The notes: generated by a model not told the origin, from the letters alone. A stretch of DNA of 64,000 bases from the human T2T-CHM13v2.0 reference genome, Homo sapiens (GCF_009914755.1 NC_060933.1), one strand, 5' to 3'; shown: positions 18,930 to 35,621, numbered from the stretch's first letter. Numbers and translations: made by a program.

Positions 18930-20073
18930 GTGTAAGAAGATACAAGAAAAACAAACCAAAGTGTTTTTTCTTGCCTATTCTCTCTTTCTTTTTTAAAGAG
19001 ACAGAGTTCCTCTCTCTCACATAGGCTGGAGTGTGGTAGTATGATTATAGTTCACTGCAGCCTTGAACTCCTGAGCTTAGGTGGTTTCTGCATCAGCCTC
19101 CCGACTAGCTGGGACCACAGGTGTGTGCCATCAAGCCTGGCTAATTTTTTTGTAGAGACAGGGTTTCGCAGTGTTGCCCAGGCTGGTCTTCAACTCCTGA
19201 GCTGAAGCGGTCCTCCTGCCTCAGCCTCCCATAGTGTTGGGATTACACTTAATGAGCCAGTGTGCCTGGCCTCCACCTATTCTCTTATGTAATTCAATAC
19301 AACACAGCACCTCTGGTCACCCAAATGTGGGAAGGGGAGGAGTTGCTTCCCACCAGCAATCAAGCAGTTCTGCAGCAGACATCATTTCACTTCAGTCCAA
19401 TTCTGATACTGTCCACCTAGAGACAGCATCAAATCTCATAGGTTGAGGGCTCAGTCCCATAAGACCGCTGCTTGCTTCTGATGCCAGTTCAGATGCATAT
19501 CTGGGCCTCTGGAACTTCTGGTCTGAACAGCCATAAATTGGAGTTTCCACAGCCCTGTCCCTGGGCTCAATTAGTTTGCTAGAGCAACTCACAAAACTCA
19601 GTGAAACACTTAACTTTTACCAGTTTATTATAAAGGGTATTACAAAGGATACAGATGAACAGCCAGATGGAAGAAGGAGAGATGCATAGGGCAAGGCATG
19701 CAGGAAGGGGCATTGGTGCATCTACCCCCCTCCAGGAACCTTCAGATAGTGTTGCGCTATCTGGAAGCTCTTCTAAACTCTGTCTTTTGTGGTTTTTATG
19801 GAAGCTTCATTGTGTAGGCATGATTGATTACATCAGTGGCCATTGATGATCAGCTCAACCTTCAGCCCCTGTCCCGTAACAGTGGGTGGTTGAAAGTCCT
19901 GATCCTTTAGTCATGCCTTGGTCCTACTAGAGACCAGTCCCCATCCTGAAGCTGTCTCTGGTTATCCCATTAGCATACAGAAGACACTTACCACTCCAGA
20001 GTTTCCAAGGGTATTGGAAGCTGTAAGTCAAGAGGAGGAGGAAGGCCAAATATATATATTTCACAGTATTACA
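18930..20073. mobile_element. MER21-like LTR interrupted by an AluJ
   Basis: Motifs aggttgagggctcagtcccataagac and gatgaacagccagatggaag. Confidence 0.65.
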
Positions 20074-20279
20074 GAAGTATAGCCTATTTTGGAAAGATTG
20101 CTGACCCCAGGATCAGTATTGTTTATAAAATAGAGTCTTAATCATTCTTCCTGTTAGCATAGACAAATGCTCTGCTGCTTCTAAGTCCCTGTATCAGTAA
20201 CCAATGTGTCTATTTGCAAATGAAAGAAAAATCACCAAAAAAGGGTTTTGTCTCAGGCAGCAAGAAGCCCAGGTAGGCA

Positions 20280-20638
20280 TTTCAGAGTTGGTTAGGTAGT
20301 TCAGCTATGCCCTCAGGCAGGTGTCATCTCAAAGGCTTCTTCACTCACATGGGCTGATAGGACTTAAATAGCCTGGAGCTTTAGCCACCCGGCCTCCTGG
20401 GCATCTCTTTTCTTATGGGGACCTTTACATGGAGGCTTCCAGATAGTATCCCTAAGAGAAACTGTCACAGCTGTGTGGCCTTTATCTAGCCTTGGAACTT
20501 ATACAGGTTCACTTCTACTGCATTCTATTCATTGAGGCAGTCACAGAGGCTCACCAAGTTTCCAGGGAGGGAGCATAGACACTATACTTGATGGGAGAAG
20601 TAGCAAAGAATTTGTGGCTATGTTTTAAAACTGCTACA
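20280..20638 (-). mobile_element. MLT1 (MaLR) LTR
   Basis: Reverse complement begins TGTAGCAGTTTTAAAACATAGCC. Contains the cacttctactgcattctatt motif. Confidence 0.65.
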
Positions 20639-20976
20639 GTGGTAAATAGATTGGGTAGGCAACTTCCAACATCTGCCATGACCCCCAGTACCTGTCTTTA
20701 ACATAGAGGGTGAATGATTGAGGAAATATTTGAAAGTAATAATTTTATATTTTCTTTATCTCATTCACATATCAGGAATTTCTGTTTTGAAAATAACTTA
20801 CGTTTATCTGTGATTATGTTGAAATTTAACTGGTTGCTAAGTAGCAGTTTATGCCTAATGACATTGGGTAACAAGTACTATTAGGGTATATGGTAAAATT
20901 TTTTTTCACGTTTTCCCCTGGTGTTAGCCTCCATTTTTAGTATTTTAGCAAAGGTTGCAGTATTTTCCTTTTATGA

Positions 20977-21295
<319 letters not shown>

Positions 21296-21341
21296 TGATA
21301 TATTTTAATCATATTGATGGTACAAGGAATGTTAGTCATAG

Positions 21342-21572
<231 letters not shown>

Positions 21573-22249
21573 TAGTAGAGACGGGGTTTCTCCATGTTGG
21601 TCAGGCTGGTCTTGAACTCCCGACCTCAGGTGATCCACCCGCCTCGGCCTCCCAGAGTGCTGGGATTACAGAAGTAGGCCACTGTGCCCAGCTTTGAATG
21701 GCATTTTTATTTCTCATTCTTTGTGTGTGTCCAGTGGGTTTTATTCCCCATTCTTTGGAAACTTTTAGAATTGGCTTTTTATGTCTTCTGAAACTTTTAT
21801 GATAATGCCTGTTAGTGTATATCTTTTTCATTTATTGTTCTAGGCTTTCAATCTTCAGATTAATCCTTTAGGTCAGGTACAGTGGCTCATAAACTATAAT
21901 CCCAGCGCTTTGGGAAGCTGAGGTAGGAGGATCATTTGAGGCCAGGAGTGTGAGACTGCCTGGGCAACATGGTGAGACCCCTTCTCTACAAAAAATTAGC
22001 TGGGTGTGATGGTGTGTACCTGTAGTTTTAGCTACTCAGGAACCTGAGGTGGGAGGATCACTTTGAGCTCAGGTGTTGCTGCTGTGAGCTGTGATTGTGT
22101 CACTGCATTCCTGCCTGGGTGACAGACTGTCCAGAAAAAAAAATAGATTTATTCTGTAACAGTGTGGAATATTATGTTTCTTCTTTAACTGTCTCCTGTT
22201 TTTCTTCTTCTCTCTGAAATGCATGCTACTTGGATGTTTGGCCTCTTAG

Positions 22250-22685
<436 letters not shown>

Positions 22686-23929
22686 TAAGCTGTTCTCCTG
22701 CCTCAGCCTCTGGAGTAACTGGGATTACAGGCGCATGCCACCATGCCCAGCTAATTTTTTCTTTTTTCTTTCAGTAGAGATGGGGTTTCACCATGTTGGC
22801 CAGGCTGGTCTCGAACTCCTGATCTTGTGATCTGCCTGCCTTGACCTTCCAAAGTGTTGGGATTGCAGGCATGAGCCACTGCGCCTGGCCCATTTTCCCA
22901 TTCTCTGGGGGAGCTTATTTACTTTATATTTTCCCACGTTTTCTGTTTTGTTTTTTGTTTTTTTTAATTTCAGTCAGCAACTTAATTTCTAAGTGCCTTC
23001 CCTCTTCCTCCCCCATTTTCTTTTACACAGGCTGGTTTCAAACTATTGGGCTCAAGAGATCCTCCCACCTCAGCCTTTCAGGTAGCTGGGAATACAGGCA
23101 CATGTACCACTGCATCCAGCTTTTTTATTCTCATACTTGTTTATTTCATAGATACAAGTAGCTTATGTTTCTGGGGATATAAATTACTTTTTGTTTGTTT
23201 TGAGATAGGGTCTCGCCGTGTCACCCAGTCTGGAGCACAGTAGCATGATCTTGGCTCACTGCAGCCTCAAACTCCCAGGCTCAAGAGATCCTCCCACCTC
23301 AGCCTCCTGAGTAGCTGGGACTACAGGCGTGAGTGCCACCACGCCCTGCTAATTTTTGTATTTTTTTGTAGAGATGGGGTTTCGCCATGTTGCCCAGGCT
23401 GGTCTTGAACTCATGAGCTCAAGTGATCCACTGGCCTTGGTCTCCCTAAGTGCTGGGACTACAGTCATGCACCAGTGTACCTGCTTATAAATTGCTTTTT
23501 AAATAGCCTTTCTAGTGTTAGCCTTGTTGCTGACGAGTTTCTTTGTGTCTCTGCTATTAGTCTCTGTTTCATTTGGAGGCTTTCCTTGAGTCTCTTGATC
23601 CTAGCATGATCCTCTAGGAAGACATCAAGATGATGGCAAGCTGTCTGTGAGGAAATGGCTCTTGTTGCCTGGACTTCTCCTGCCTTATTGGGGAGTCTGT
23701 GAAATGTTTTCTTTGGAGATGGATTGTCAGGTGTCCTCCATAGATGATGATCACTCATCTCTCATATTTTCTTATTTCTCTTTTAAGTTTACATAGTCAT
23801 ATTTCCTTACCTGCTGCATCCCCAGACAAGACTGTCTGTCATACCAAGCTGAGCTTATAAAATCTGCAGAGCAACAAGGAGAGTATCACCTTGGTGGACT
23901 CTCAGTGAAATTTTCAAAGAAAGAAAGAT

Positions 23930-24135
23930 ACGGTAAGTCCTCACTTAATGTCATCCATAAGTTCTTGGAAACTGTGACTTCAAGGAAAACAAAACCAGTT
24001 TTTTGTTTTTTTTTTTCTCATCAACGTTATAAGGAAACAACTTTGAACATTGAACTGACAGCGTTTGAGGACCTCCTTTACGCTGTGTAAAGTCTCAGTT
24101 TCCAAGAACCTATCGATAGTTAAGTGAGAACTCAA
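23930..24135 (+). mobile_element. MER82 (Tigger-group MITE, internally deleted)
   Basis: Starts gtaagtcctcacttaatgtc...ttcttggaaactg and has the inverted counterpart cagtttccaagaacctatcga...ttaagtgag. Confidence 0.7.
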
Positions 24136-24399
24136 GGGGAGGAGTGAGTCATAGGGTTGGAAGTCAGGAAGTATGATGTAGATGAGGATTGGTTTAGAAT
24201 TTCTAATCCAAATGAGCTGCTGGATCAGACATTGGTCTTTATCATTGGAGCATCTGAGTCTACACAAAGTTCACTTAAAATAGTTGGTCTTACTTTGGAA
24301 CATGTGCCTGAGTAAGCCTCTGTGAGACAGTTTTGGTTGTATTTTGTTTCTCTTGCATATTATGGTTTAGTATAGTTTAACTGTTTTAGAGTCAAATAG

Positions 24400-24542
24400 A
24401 ATAGTTTATTTTATAATTTATAAAATTATTTTACAAATTATAAAATAGTTTATTTTATAAATTATAAAATAGTTTATTTTATAAATTATAAAATAGTTTA
24501 TTTTATAAATTCATTTTATAAATTAGTTTATTTTATAAATTA
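24400..24542. repeat. AT-rich 24-bp minisatellite (aaattataaaatagtttattttat)
   Basis: Three perfect copies at 24435-24506 plus degenerate flanking copies. Confidence 0.9.
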
Positions 24543-24941
24543 CGGTTTTCTTCAACAAATAGATATAATAAAGCTATATATTAAAGAAACTTCTGTTTTC
24601 CACTGGAAAGTCAGTGATGGGTGATATAACTCCCCATTTGGTGACAAACTGATAACAGTATCCAGTTAATGTGTACCCATTAACTTTTCTTTTTCTGCTT
24701 AACAATGTGGGTTAAGCAGTATGTAGAGCTCTAGCAGTATGTAGAGCTCTTCCTCATTGTTTTTTTACAGATGAATAGTACTCCATTGTGTGGCTGTACC
24801 ATATTCATTTGGTATCCATTATTACTGGACGTGTGAGTTGTTTCTACTCTTCTGCTCTTACAGATAATAGCTACAATGAGCTGCGCGCGGTTGCTCATGC
24901 CTGTAATCCCAACACTCTGGGAGGCCGAAGCGGGTGGGTCA

Positions 24942-25172
<231 letters not shown>

Positions 25173-25265
25173 TTATCTTTGTCAGTATGTCTTGCTGTTG
25201 TGTCATTGGATAAATTTCTGGAAATAGAATTGAGTCAGATCTTCAATTCATGTATGATTTTGTGA

Positions 25266-25442
<177 letters not shown>

Positions 25443-26833
25443 TAAGTCGCTGGGACTACAGGCATGCACCACCACACCCGGCTAATTTTTGAATTTTTTA
25501 GGGTTTTACCATGTTGACCAGGCTGTTCTTGAACTCCTGAGCCTTGTGGGCCATGGTGCCAGCCCCATTTTGCATTCTTACCAGCAATAAAATATGTAAA
25601 GAGTTTCTCTCTTCTCACAGTCTTGCCAGTGACATATGTTGTCAAATATGTGGTTTTGTCTGTCTTGTGGGTGAGAAATGGTGTTTCTGTGCAGTTTTAT
25701 TTGTGATCTTGGCTTGTAAGGGCCTACTTGGCCTTCCTTTTTCTGATATTACATCTATTTTTCTTTATTACTTGCATAAGGTTTTTTTACATCAGAGTTA
25801 TTAACCTTTAATCTGTGATAGGGGTCATTTACCTTCTTACACTTCTGTTGTGTGGAGTCAGTTTCTTGGAAACAGCCTTTCTTGAGTCCCTGGTCTCTCA
25901 CTCCCACCTGTATGGGTCTGTCAGCCTATATCACATAAGTCTTGCTTTGGAACCTTCTGCTCTTCTAGGTTATATCTATGGTTTCTCAGATCCTATGTGT
26001 TTATGTTGCTTTTCTTATTTCCTGAAGGGTATCCTTCAGTAACTTCCAAAGAAGATGTGTATGAAATATAAATTTTAGCCCATATATGTGTGGAAATGTA
26101 TATACTGTCAGTTAATAATTTACCCAGGTACGAAGTTCAGAGTTCAAAATCATTTTGCTTCAATATTGACAATATTACTCTCTTGTCTTACTGTTTTCTA
26201 GCCCAGTTTTGTTTGTTTTAAAGAGGTGGGGTCTAACTGTGTTGCCCAGGCTGGACTTCAGTTCCTTGGTTCAAGTGATCCTCCTGCCTCAGCCACCCGA
26301 GTAGCTGGGACTACAGGTGTGCTCCACAGCGCCTGACTTTCTAGCTCAGTGTTGATGACAGAAGAATAATTTTAGACTAACAGTTTTTAAACTTTACAAT
26401 CTTTCTACAGTTTTAGAGTTGCAAAGAGATAACGGGCTCTATTTTTTTAGAGCAGTTTTAGGTACTCAGGAAAATGGAGTGGAAAATAACAGAGTTCCCA
26501 TATATTCCTTTCCCTCACAAATGTGCAGCACACCCTGCCCCATTCCTGTCCCAGCATCTCACAGTGTGGTACATTTGCTGGAAGTTGATGAACCTTCTTT
26601 GACATGTCATTATCACCCAAAGTCCATAGTTTACATTAAGGTTCATTCTTGATGTTTCACTACCCTGAAAATCCCTTGTTTTCCCATTGTTCTTCTCTCT
26701 CTCACCCTTAACCCCTGGCAAGTGCTGATTTTTTATTGTCTCCCTAGTTTTGTCTTTTCCAGAATAACGTCATAAAGTCGGAATCATACAGCGTGGAGTC
26801 TTTTCAGATTGGATTCGTTCACTTAGTAATTAA

Positions 26834-27168
<335 letters not shown>

Positions 27169-28109
27169 TCCTCTGTGTCTTTTTATGGCTTGATAGTTCA
27201 TTTCTTTTTATCACCAAATAATCTACTGTTTGGATGCACAAGTTTATTTATCCATTCACCTATTGAAGAAACATCTTGGTTGCTTCCAAATTTTGGCAGT
27301 TTTGAATAAAGCTGCTATAGGCCGGGGGTGGTGGCTCACACCTGTAATCCCAGTATTTTGGGAGGTCAAGGTAGGCCGATCTCTTGAGCCTGAGAATTCT
27401 AGATCAGCCTGGGCAACATGGCAAAACCCTATCTCTACAAAAAATACAAAAAGTAGTGGAGCGTGGTGGCTCACACCTGTGGTCCTAGCCACTCGGGAGG
27501 TTGAGGCGGGAGGATGGCTTGAGCCAAGGAGGGAGAAGCTTCAGTGAGCACTGACCATGCTACCACACTCCAGCCTGGGCAACAGAGTAAGACCCTGTCT
27601 CAAGAAAAAAAAAAAAGAAGGAAAGAAACAACAAAATGAATGAAGCTGCTATATATATCTGTGTGCAGATTTTTGTGCAGGGATATTTTCAACTCTTGGA
27701 TAAATATTGAGCACAACTCCTGGTTTATGGTTAAACGTATGTTTACTTTGCAAGAAATTGCCAAACTGTCTTCCAAAGCGGCTCTACCGTTTTGCATTTC
27801 CACAAGCAACTAGCTTTTGGTTTCATTGATTTTTCTCTATTGATTTTGATTTTCAATTGTAGTGATTTCTGCTCTAATTTTTAAAAGTTTATTTTCCTCT
27901 CCTCATCTTGGATTTAATATTCTCTTCTTTTTCTAGTTTCCTAAGACAGAAGCTTAGATTATTGACTTTAGATCTTTCTTTATCTGGGCGTGGTGGCTCA
28001 AGCCTGCAATCCCAGCACTTTGGGAGGCTGAGGGGGGCAGAGGCCAGGAGTTCAAGACCAGCCTGGCCAACATGGTGAAACTTTGTCTCTACTAAAAATA
28101 GAAAGATTA

Positions 28110-28280
<171 letters not shown>

Positions 28281-28803
28281 CTATAAATTAATTCATTAAT
28301 TGCTGTAAATTTCTCTGTAAGCACTGCTTTTGCTCAGTGTTGGTAAGTTATGTTTTCATTTTCACTTAGTTCAAAATATATTTAAATTTCTCTTGCAGTT
28401 TCTTCTTTGACCCATGTGCTTAGAAGTATGTTGTTCAATCTCCATGTATTTTGAGATTTTTCAGCCATCTCTCTGTTACTGATTTCTAGTTTAATTACGT
28501 TGTTGTATGACAGCATACACTGTATGATTTGTATTCTTTTAAATTTGTGAAACTGTTTTACAGTTCATAATGTCGTCTGTTTTGGTGTATTTTCCGTGTG
28601 AACTTGAGAAAAGTTTGTATTCTGCTCCTGTTGGGCAAAGTAGTCTTTAGATTTGACTATAGATCAAATATATAGATTAGATTTGATCTATAGTCAACTA
28701 GATTTGATGGTGCTTGTTGAGTTCATCTATATCCTTACTGATTTTATGCCTTCTGGATCTGTCCATTATTGATAGAAGGATGTTGAAATCCATAACCATA
28801 ATA

Positions 28804-29697
28804 TAGGTTGAGCATCCCTAATCCAAAAACCTAATATCCAAAATACTTCAACATCTGAAACTTTTTGAGTAACTCACGTGATTCCACAATTGGGTGATGA
28901 AGATGACATTAATACTAAAGAAAAAGTGCCTGTTGATGACATGGGGAAAATGTGTGATGGGCTTATTGGAGGACTAGAGCAGGGTGCATTTGTAACACAA
29001 CAAGAAACCATGTCAATTTATATGATCGAAGAGAGACTTTTAAGACAAAAACTTGTTCATGAGGCGGTTGACTAGAGGAAACACTTTAAAAAACCATCCA
29101 GTAGAATGCTTGCTCATTCCTAAGGACCCACTTCCTGGCCCCTCAACTGCTTCTGATATTTTTTTCTCACCTAAAAAAATAAAACACACAAAACACAGAA
29201 TTGTAGGTGGAGAGTAAAGGCAAGCTGTTGTTTGTTGTTGCTGTTAATAGCTGATATAGATATTCTGGCGCTGCTACTGTGCTGCTTAGATATCCTGAAC
29301 ACATTATTTTTTCAGTGTATTAATGGTATGCTATATTTTTTACTGTTAAGAACTTATGTGTGAATTCGTGTAAGAGAATGGTTGCTGTTGGTAGCATATA
29401 AATTCAGTGTCAGGAATGATGATGATAACAAACACAGATTGTCCACATGGGTTGAGCTAGTGACACCTTTGCTTTCTGATACTTCAATGAGTATAAACTT
29501 TGTTTCATGCACAAAATTATTTAAAATATTACATAAAATTACTTTCAGGGGGTATATAGAAGGTTTATATGAAACATAAATAAATTTTGTGTTTAAACTT
29601 GGGTCCCATTCCCAAGATACCTCATTTTATACGCAGATATTCTGAAATGTGAAAGACTTCTGGTCCCAAGCATTTTGAATAACAGATACTCGACCTT
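28804..29697 (+). mobile_element. Tigger4 (Zombi) DNA transposon remnant
   Basis: TIRs aggttgagcatccctaatcc and gatactcgacct. The ORF at 28878-29075 looks like a transposase C-terminal remnant. Confidence 0.75.
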
Positions 29698-30158
29698 CAG
29701 TGGAGTTAATCTGTCTCTTCCTATAGTTCCATCAGCTTTTTTTCCTCACATATTTTGATGCTCCATTTTTAGGCACATACACATTAAGGATTGTTTTGTT
29801 TTCTTGGAGAGTTGACACCTTTATTTTATGTAATGCCCCCCTTTATCTTTGATAACTTTTCTTCCTCCAAACTCTGCTTTTTCTAAAATTCATATAGCTT
29901 CCCACTTTCTTTTGATTATTGGTAGCAAGCTGTATCTTTTCTTCATCCATTTACTTTAAATCTGTGTATCTTTATAGTTAAAGTGGATTTCTTGTATCTA
30001 GCATGAAGTTGCATGTTGTTTTTGATCCACTCTGAGTCTGTCTTAATTGGTATATTTAGATCAGTGACACAGAAAATGATTATGTAGGTGGAGTAATACC
30101 GTGTCATATTTATGTTACTATTATCTGTTCTTTGCCCTTGTTCTTTTTTCCAGTTTTT

Positions 30159-30484
30159 GCTTTCCACTCTTTTCTGCCTTCTCTGGTTTTAATTGAGCAT
30201 TTTATATGATTCCACCTTTTTCCCTTCCTTAGCATATCAAGGATATTTTTTGTTTTTAATTTTTTTTTTAATTTTTAAAAATAGAGACAGAGTTTCACCA
30301 TGTTACAAAGGCTGGTCTCGGGCTTTCCACTCTTTTCTGCCTTCTCTGGTTTTAATTGAGCATTTTATATGATTCCACCTTTTTCCCTTCCTTAGCATAT
30401 CAAGGATATTTTTTGTTTTTAATTTTTTTTTTAATTTTTAAAAATAGAGACAGAGTTTCACCATGTTACAAAGGCTGGTCTCGG
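30159..30484. repeat. Perfect 2 x 163-bp tandem duplication
   Basis: 30159-30321 and 30322-30484 read identically, including homopolymer lengths. Confidence 0.95.
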
Positions 30485-31125
30485 ACTCCTGAGCTCAAGC
30501 GATCCGTCCACCTTAGTCTCCCAAAGTGCTGGGATTACGGGCGTGAGCCCCGTGCCCAGCCAGTTAAGTTTTTAAACTTTTTTAGTGATTGCCCTGTAGT
30601 TTGCGATATATATTTACAAGTAATCCAAGTCTACTTTCTTTCTTTTCTTTCTCTGTCTCTGTCTCTCTCTCGCTTCCTTTCTACCCTTTTTTTTTTCTCT
30701 GAGATGGAGTCTCGCTCTGTTGCCCAGGCTGGAGTGCAGTGGTGTGGTCTCAGCGTACTGCAACCTCCGCCACCCGTGTTCAAGCAGTTCTCCCACCTCA
30801 GCCTCCCCAGTAGCTGGGACTACACGATGCACGCCACCACGCCAAGCTATTTCTTGTATTTTTGTAGAGATGGGGTTTCACCATGTTGGCCAGGCTGGTC
30901 TTGAACTCTCAACCTCAGGTGATCCACCTGCCTTGGCCTCCCAAAGTGCTGGGATTACAGGCATGACACCGCGCCTGGCCTCTTTCTTTCTTCCCTTTTC
31001 CCTCCCTTCCCCTCCCCTTTGTGTTTTCTTACAAAAAACAAAAAACGCCCCCTCCCCAAGCCTACTTCGAAATAATAATATATTGCTTTAGGGGTAGTGC
31101 CACGTACTTTATGACAATAAAATTT

Positions 31126-31454
31126 AGTTGGCCCTCTGTATCCGTGGGTTTTACATCTGTGGATTCATCCAAACACAGATTGAAAATATCCAGAAAAACA
31201 TCATTGTGCCTATACTATAAACATGTACATTATTGTCATTTTTTTCTAAATGATGCATTATAACAATGATTTACATAACTTTTGTATTTGGCATTATTAG
31301 TAATCTGGAGATGATTTAAAGTATATGGGACGGGATGTGCCTAGGTTAGATGCAAATACTACACCATTTTATATAAGGGACTTGGGCATCCATGGAGTTT
31401 GGTGTTGAAGGGGGTCCTGGAACCAGTCCCCCGTAGATATGGAGGGACGGCTGT
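31126..31454 (-). mobile_element. MER2 DNA transposon
   Basis: TIRs agttggccctctgtatccgtgg and gtagatatggagggacggctg(ta), with the internal motif gggggtcctggaaccag. Confidence 0.8.
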
Positions 31455-31501
31455 ATTCCTGATTCTCTCTCCAGTCTGGTTGTATCATCATTGCTGCCAT
31501 T

Positions 31502-31532
31502 CGTGTGTGTGTGTGTGTGCGCGCGCGCGCGC
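31502..31532. repeat. (GT)8(GC)7 compound alternating repeat
   Basis: Read directly from the sequence. Confidence 0.9.
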
Positions 31533-32031
31533 CCATGTGTGTGTACATACATTGTTGCTCAATTAAGAAAAAAGGCCAGGCCAGTATGCTGTGGCTCATG
31601 CCTATCATCCCAGCATTTTGGTAGGCCTAAGTGGGAGGATCACTTGAGCCCAGGAGTTCGAGACCAGTCTGGGCAATGTAGTGAGACCCCATCTCTATGA
31701 AAAATAAAAATGGCTAGGCATGATGGTGCATTCCTGTAGTCCCAGCTACTTCAGAGGTTGAGGCGGGAGGACCGCTTGAGTCTTGGGACGTTGAGGTTGC
31801 AGTGAGCCATAATCGCACCACCGCAGTCCAGCCTGGGCCACAGAGTGAGACCCTGTCTAAAAAATAAATAAATAAATAAAAGTTTTTATATTATATTTTT
31901 ATTATATTTTTGTATTATAAAATATAAAATAATATAAAATAAAAATATGTTACATATTTATTATAATTGTATATTATATGTTGTTATATTATTTTCACTT
32001 ATTTCTTCTTTAATGTTTTTCCTTTATATAG

Positions 32032-32235
<204 letters not shown>

Positions 32236-32440
32236 TAAAGATTTTCTTTTTAACATTTCTTACAAGGCAGGTCTGTTGGTGACAAATTTCATCACTTTTT
32301 GTTTGTGTGAGAAAGGCTTTTATTTCTCCTTCCCTTTGAAGTAATTCTGCAGGATATAAAACTGTAAGTTAGTAGTTTTTTTTCCTCTCAACACTTTAAA
32401 TAGTTCCCTCTACTATCTTCCTTTTTTGCATGGTTTCTGA

Positions 32441-32785
<345 letters not shown>

Positions 32786-33005
32786 TGAAGATTTTTTTTT
32801 TCTTTACCTTTGATTTTCTACAGTTTGAATATGATACTCTTTGGTGTAGTTTTTTTCTGGCATTTATTTGGCTTGGCATTCTCTGAGCTTCCTGGATTTG
32901 TGGTTTGGTGTCTGGCATTAATTTCTGGGAAATCTCAGTCTTAGCTGGGTATGGTGGCGCACGCCTGTAATCCCAGCACTTTGGGAGGCTGAGGCGGGCA
33001 AATCA

Positions 33006-33291
<286 letters not shown>

Positions 33292-34326
33292 CTACTTGCA
33301 TTTCCATAATGTGTAAGTTATGCCTTTTGTACTTGTCCCATAGTTCTTGGGTATTCCGGGGTTTTTCTCTCTGCTTTTCAGTTTTGGAAGTTTTATTAAC
33401 ATGCCATTAAACTCAGAGGTTCTTTGGTTAGTCCTGTCCAGTCTACTAATAAGCCTGTCTCTGAAAGGCACTCTTTGCTTCTGTTAAAGTGTTTATCTGT
33501 AGCTTTTTTTGATTGTTAGAAGTTCCATCTCTGTATATATTGTCCATCTATTCTTTCATGTTGTCTGTATTACTCTTTAGAGATTTAGCATATTAATCAT
33601 AGTTCATTTAAATTCCTGGTCTGGGTGAAATTAACAGATGTAGTTGGTAATTCCCTGCCTAGTTGAGTCTGGTTCTGATGCTTGTTTTCTCTGTTAATAC
33701 TGCTTTTTGCATTTCAAAGCCTGTGATTTCTTGTTGAAAGGCGCAGATGATGTCTGGGTAACAGGAGCTGTGGTAATAGGTCTTTAGCAAGGTAGTGGTA
33801 ACGTATGCCGGGGAGGAGAAGCAGTCTGTAGTCCTATGATTGCCCGTCAATCTTTTCATGAGGCTTGTACCCCTGGGTTGTGACCTTTGCTTGTACTTCT
33901 CAGTTTCCCCACCCCTACCCCTTGTGGGACAGGATGGCTTGATCAACTTCCCCGGCTTGTAGAGGAAAAATTCAGGAAATTGTAGGGGTCCTCTTAAGAG
34001 AGCCCCCAACCCCTGGAGTTTTTGTCAGACCTGCCCATGCTGACTAGCAATGTCGGTTGCAGTTTAGGTTTTCTTACCATGGCCCTGGTTCCTGTGTAGA
34101 GGTTTCTGATCTAGTAAGTTGTGATTCTTTATCTCCGCCTGCCTCTCCAGTTTTGGGGACAGTTGTTTGTCTTGTGACCTCAATTCTCTGACTAGTCTAA
34201 GAAGTTGTTGATTTTTTAAGTTTGTTTAGCTTTTTATGGACAAATTAGTTAACTTGGAAGCTTTTTAAGTGCCAGATTCTCTTCATTTATTTTTTAATTT
34301 TCAGGAGCTGCTTTCCCTTTTCATAG

Positions 34327-34551
<225 letters not shown>

Positions 34552-34629
34552 TAGCCAGGACAGTCTCGATCTCCTGACCCCGTGATCCACCCGCCTCAGC
34601 CTCCCAAAGTGCTGGGATCACAGGCGTGA

Positions 34630-34974
<345 letters not shown>

Positions 34975-35619
34975 TAGTAGAGACGGGGTTTCACTGTGTT
35001 ATTAGCCAGGATGGTCTCGATCTCCTGACCTCGTGATCCGCCCGCCTCGGCCTCCCAAAGTGCTGGGATTACAGGCGTGAGCCACGCGCCCAGCCCCTTT
35101 TCTTGAGTGATAAATAGCAAGATTCTGTTTCTTCTAAATGGGAATGTTGACTCTGGGGACATAGGGGGATGTTTGGCATTTGAGGCACCCTTTCCTGGAA
35201 CTCAGCACTGAGTACATCCAGTGTGGGGTTGTGTGTAAGTTGGGGATTGAAAAGGGTTCTTGACAAGGGTGCAATTCCAGTAGATCTTGAAAGACTTTTT
35301 ACTTTTCTTTCTTTTTTTTCTTTTCTGACCTCCTTCCATCCTTGTCTACTCTAAGCCCAGACATGCTCCAGGAATGCTTCAGGTAGACTTGCTCCTGCTT
35401 CCTGTCTGTGTCTTGTCTTCACTATTTGAGGCCATCACATACTTAATTCTTCACCCATTAGCCATTATCAAGCCTCTGTCCACGTCTCAGTGCGTATGAA
35501 CATGCTGGGTGAAGTGGGTAGAGTGGTTCTTGGCAGTCAGGCCTATCTCCCAGTTTTAGTCTCCAAGGTAGTACAGTAAGCTTTTGTTTGATTTCAGATT
35601 TTCTTAAATGTATTGAGAC

Positions 35620-35621
<2 letters not shown>

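Noticed and set aside
28878-29075. Possible domesticated transposase
   Set aside because: Short C-terminal remnant in an internally deleted Tigger4, with no catalytic or DNA-binding domain.
30356-30904. 182-aa ORF and the many similar ORFs with LECSG, PPPPGFK or WLTPVIP motifs
   Set aside because: These are translations of Alu sequence, not genes.
31880-31995. Nearly pure AT stretch
   Set aside because: Low-complexity extension of an Alu tail with no regular unit.
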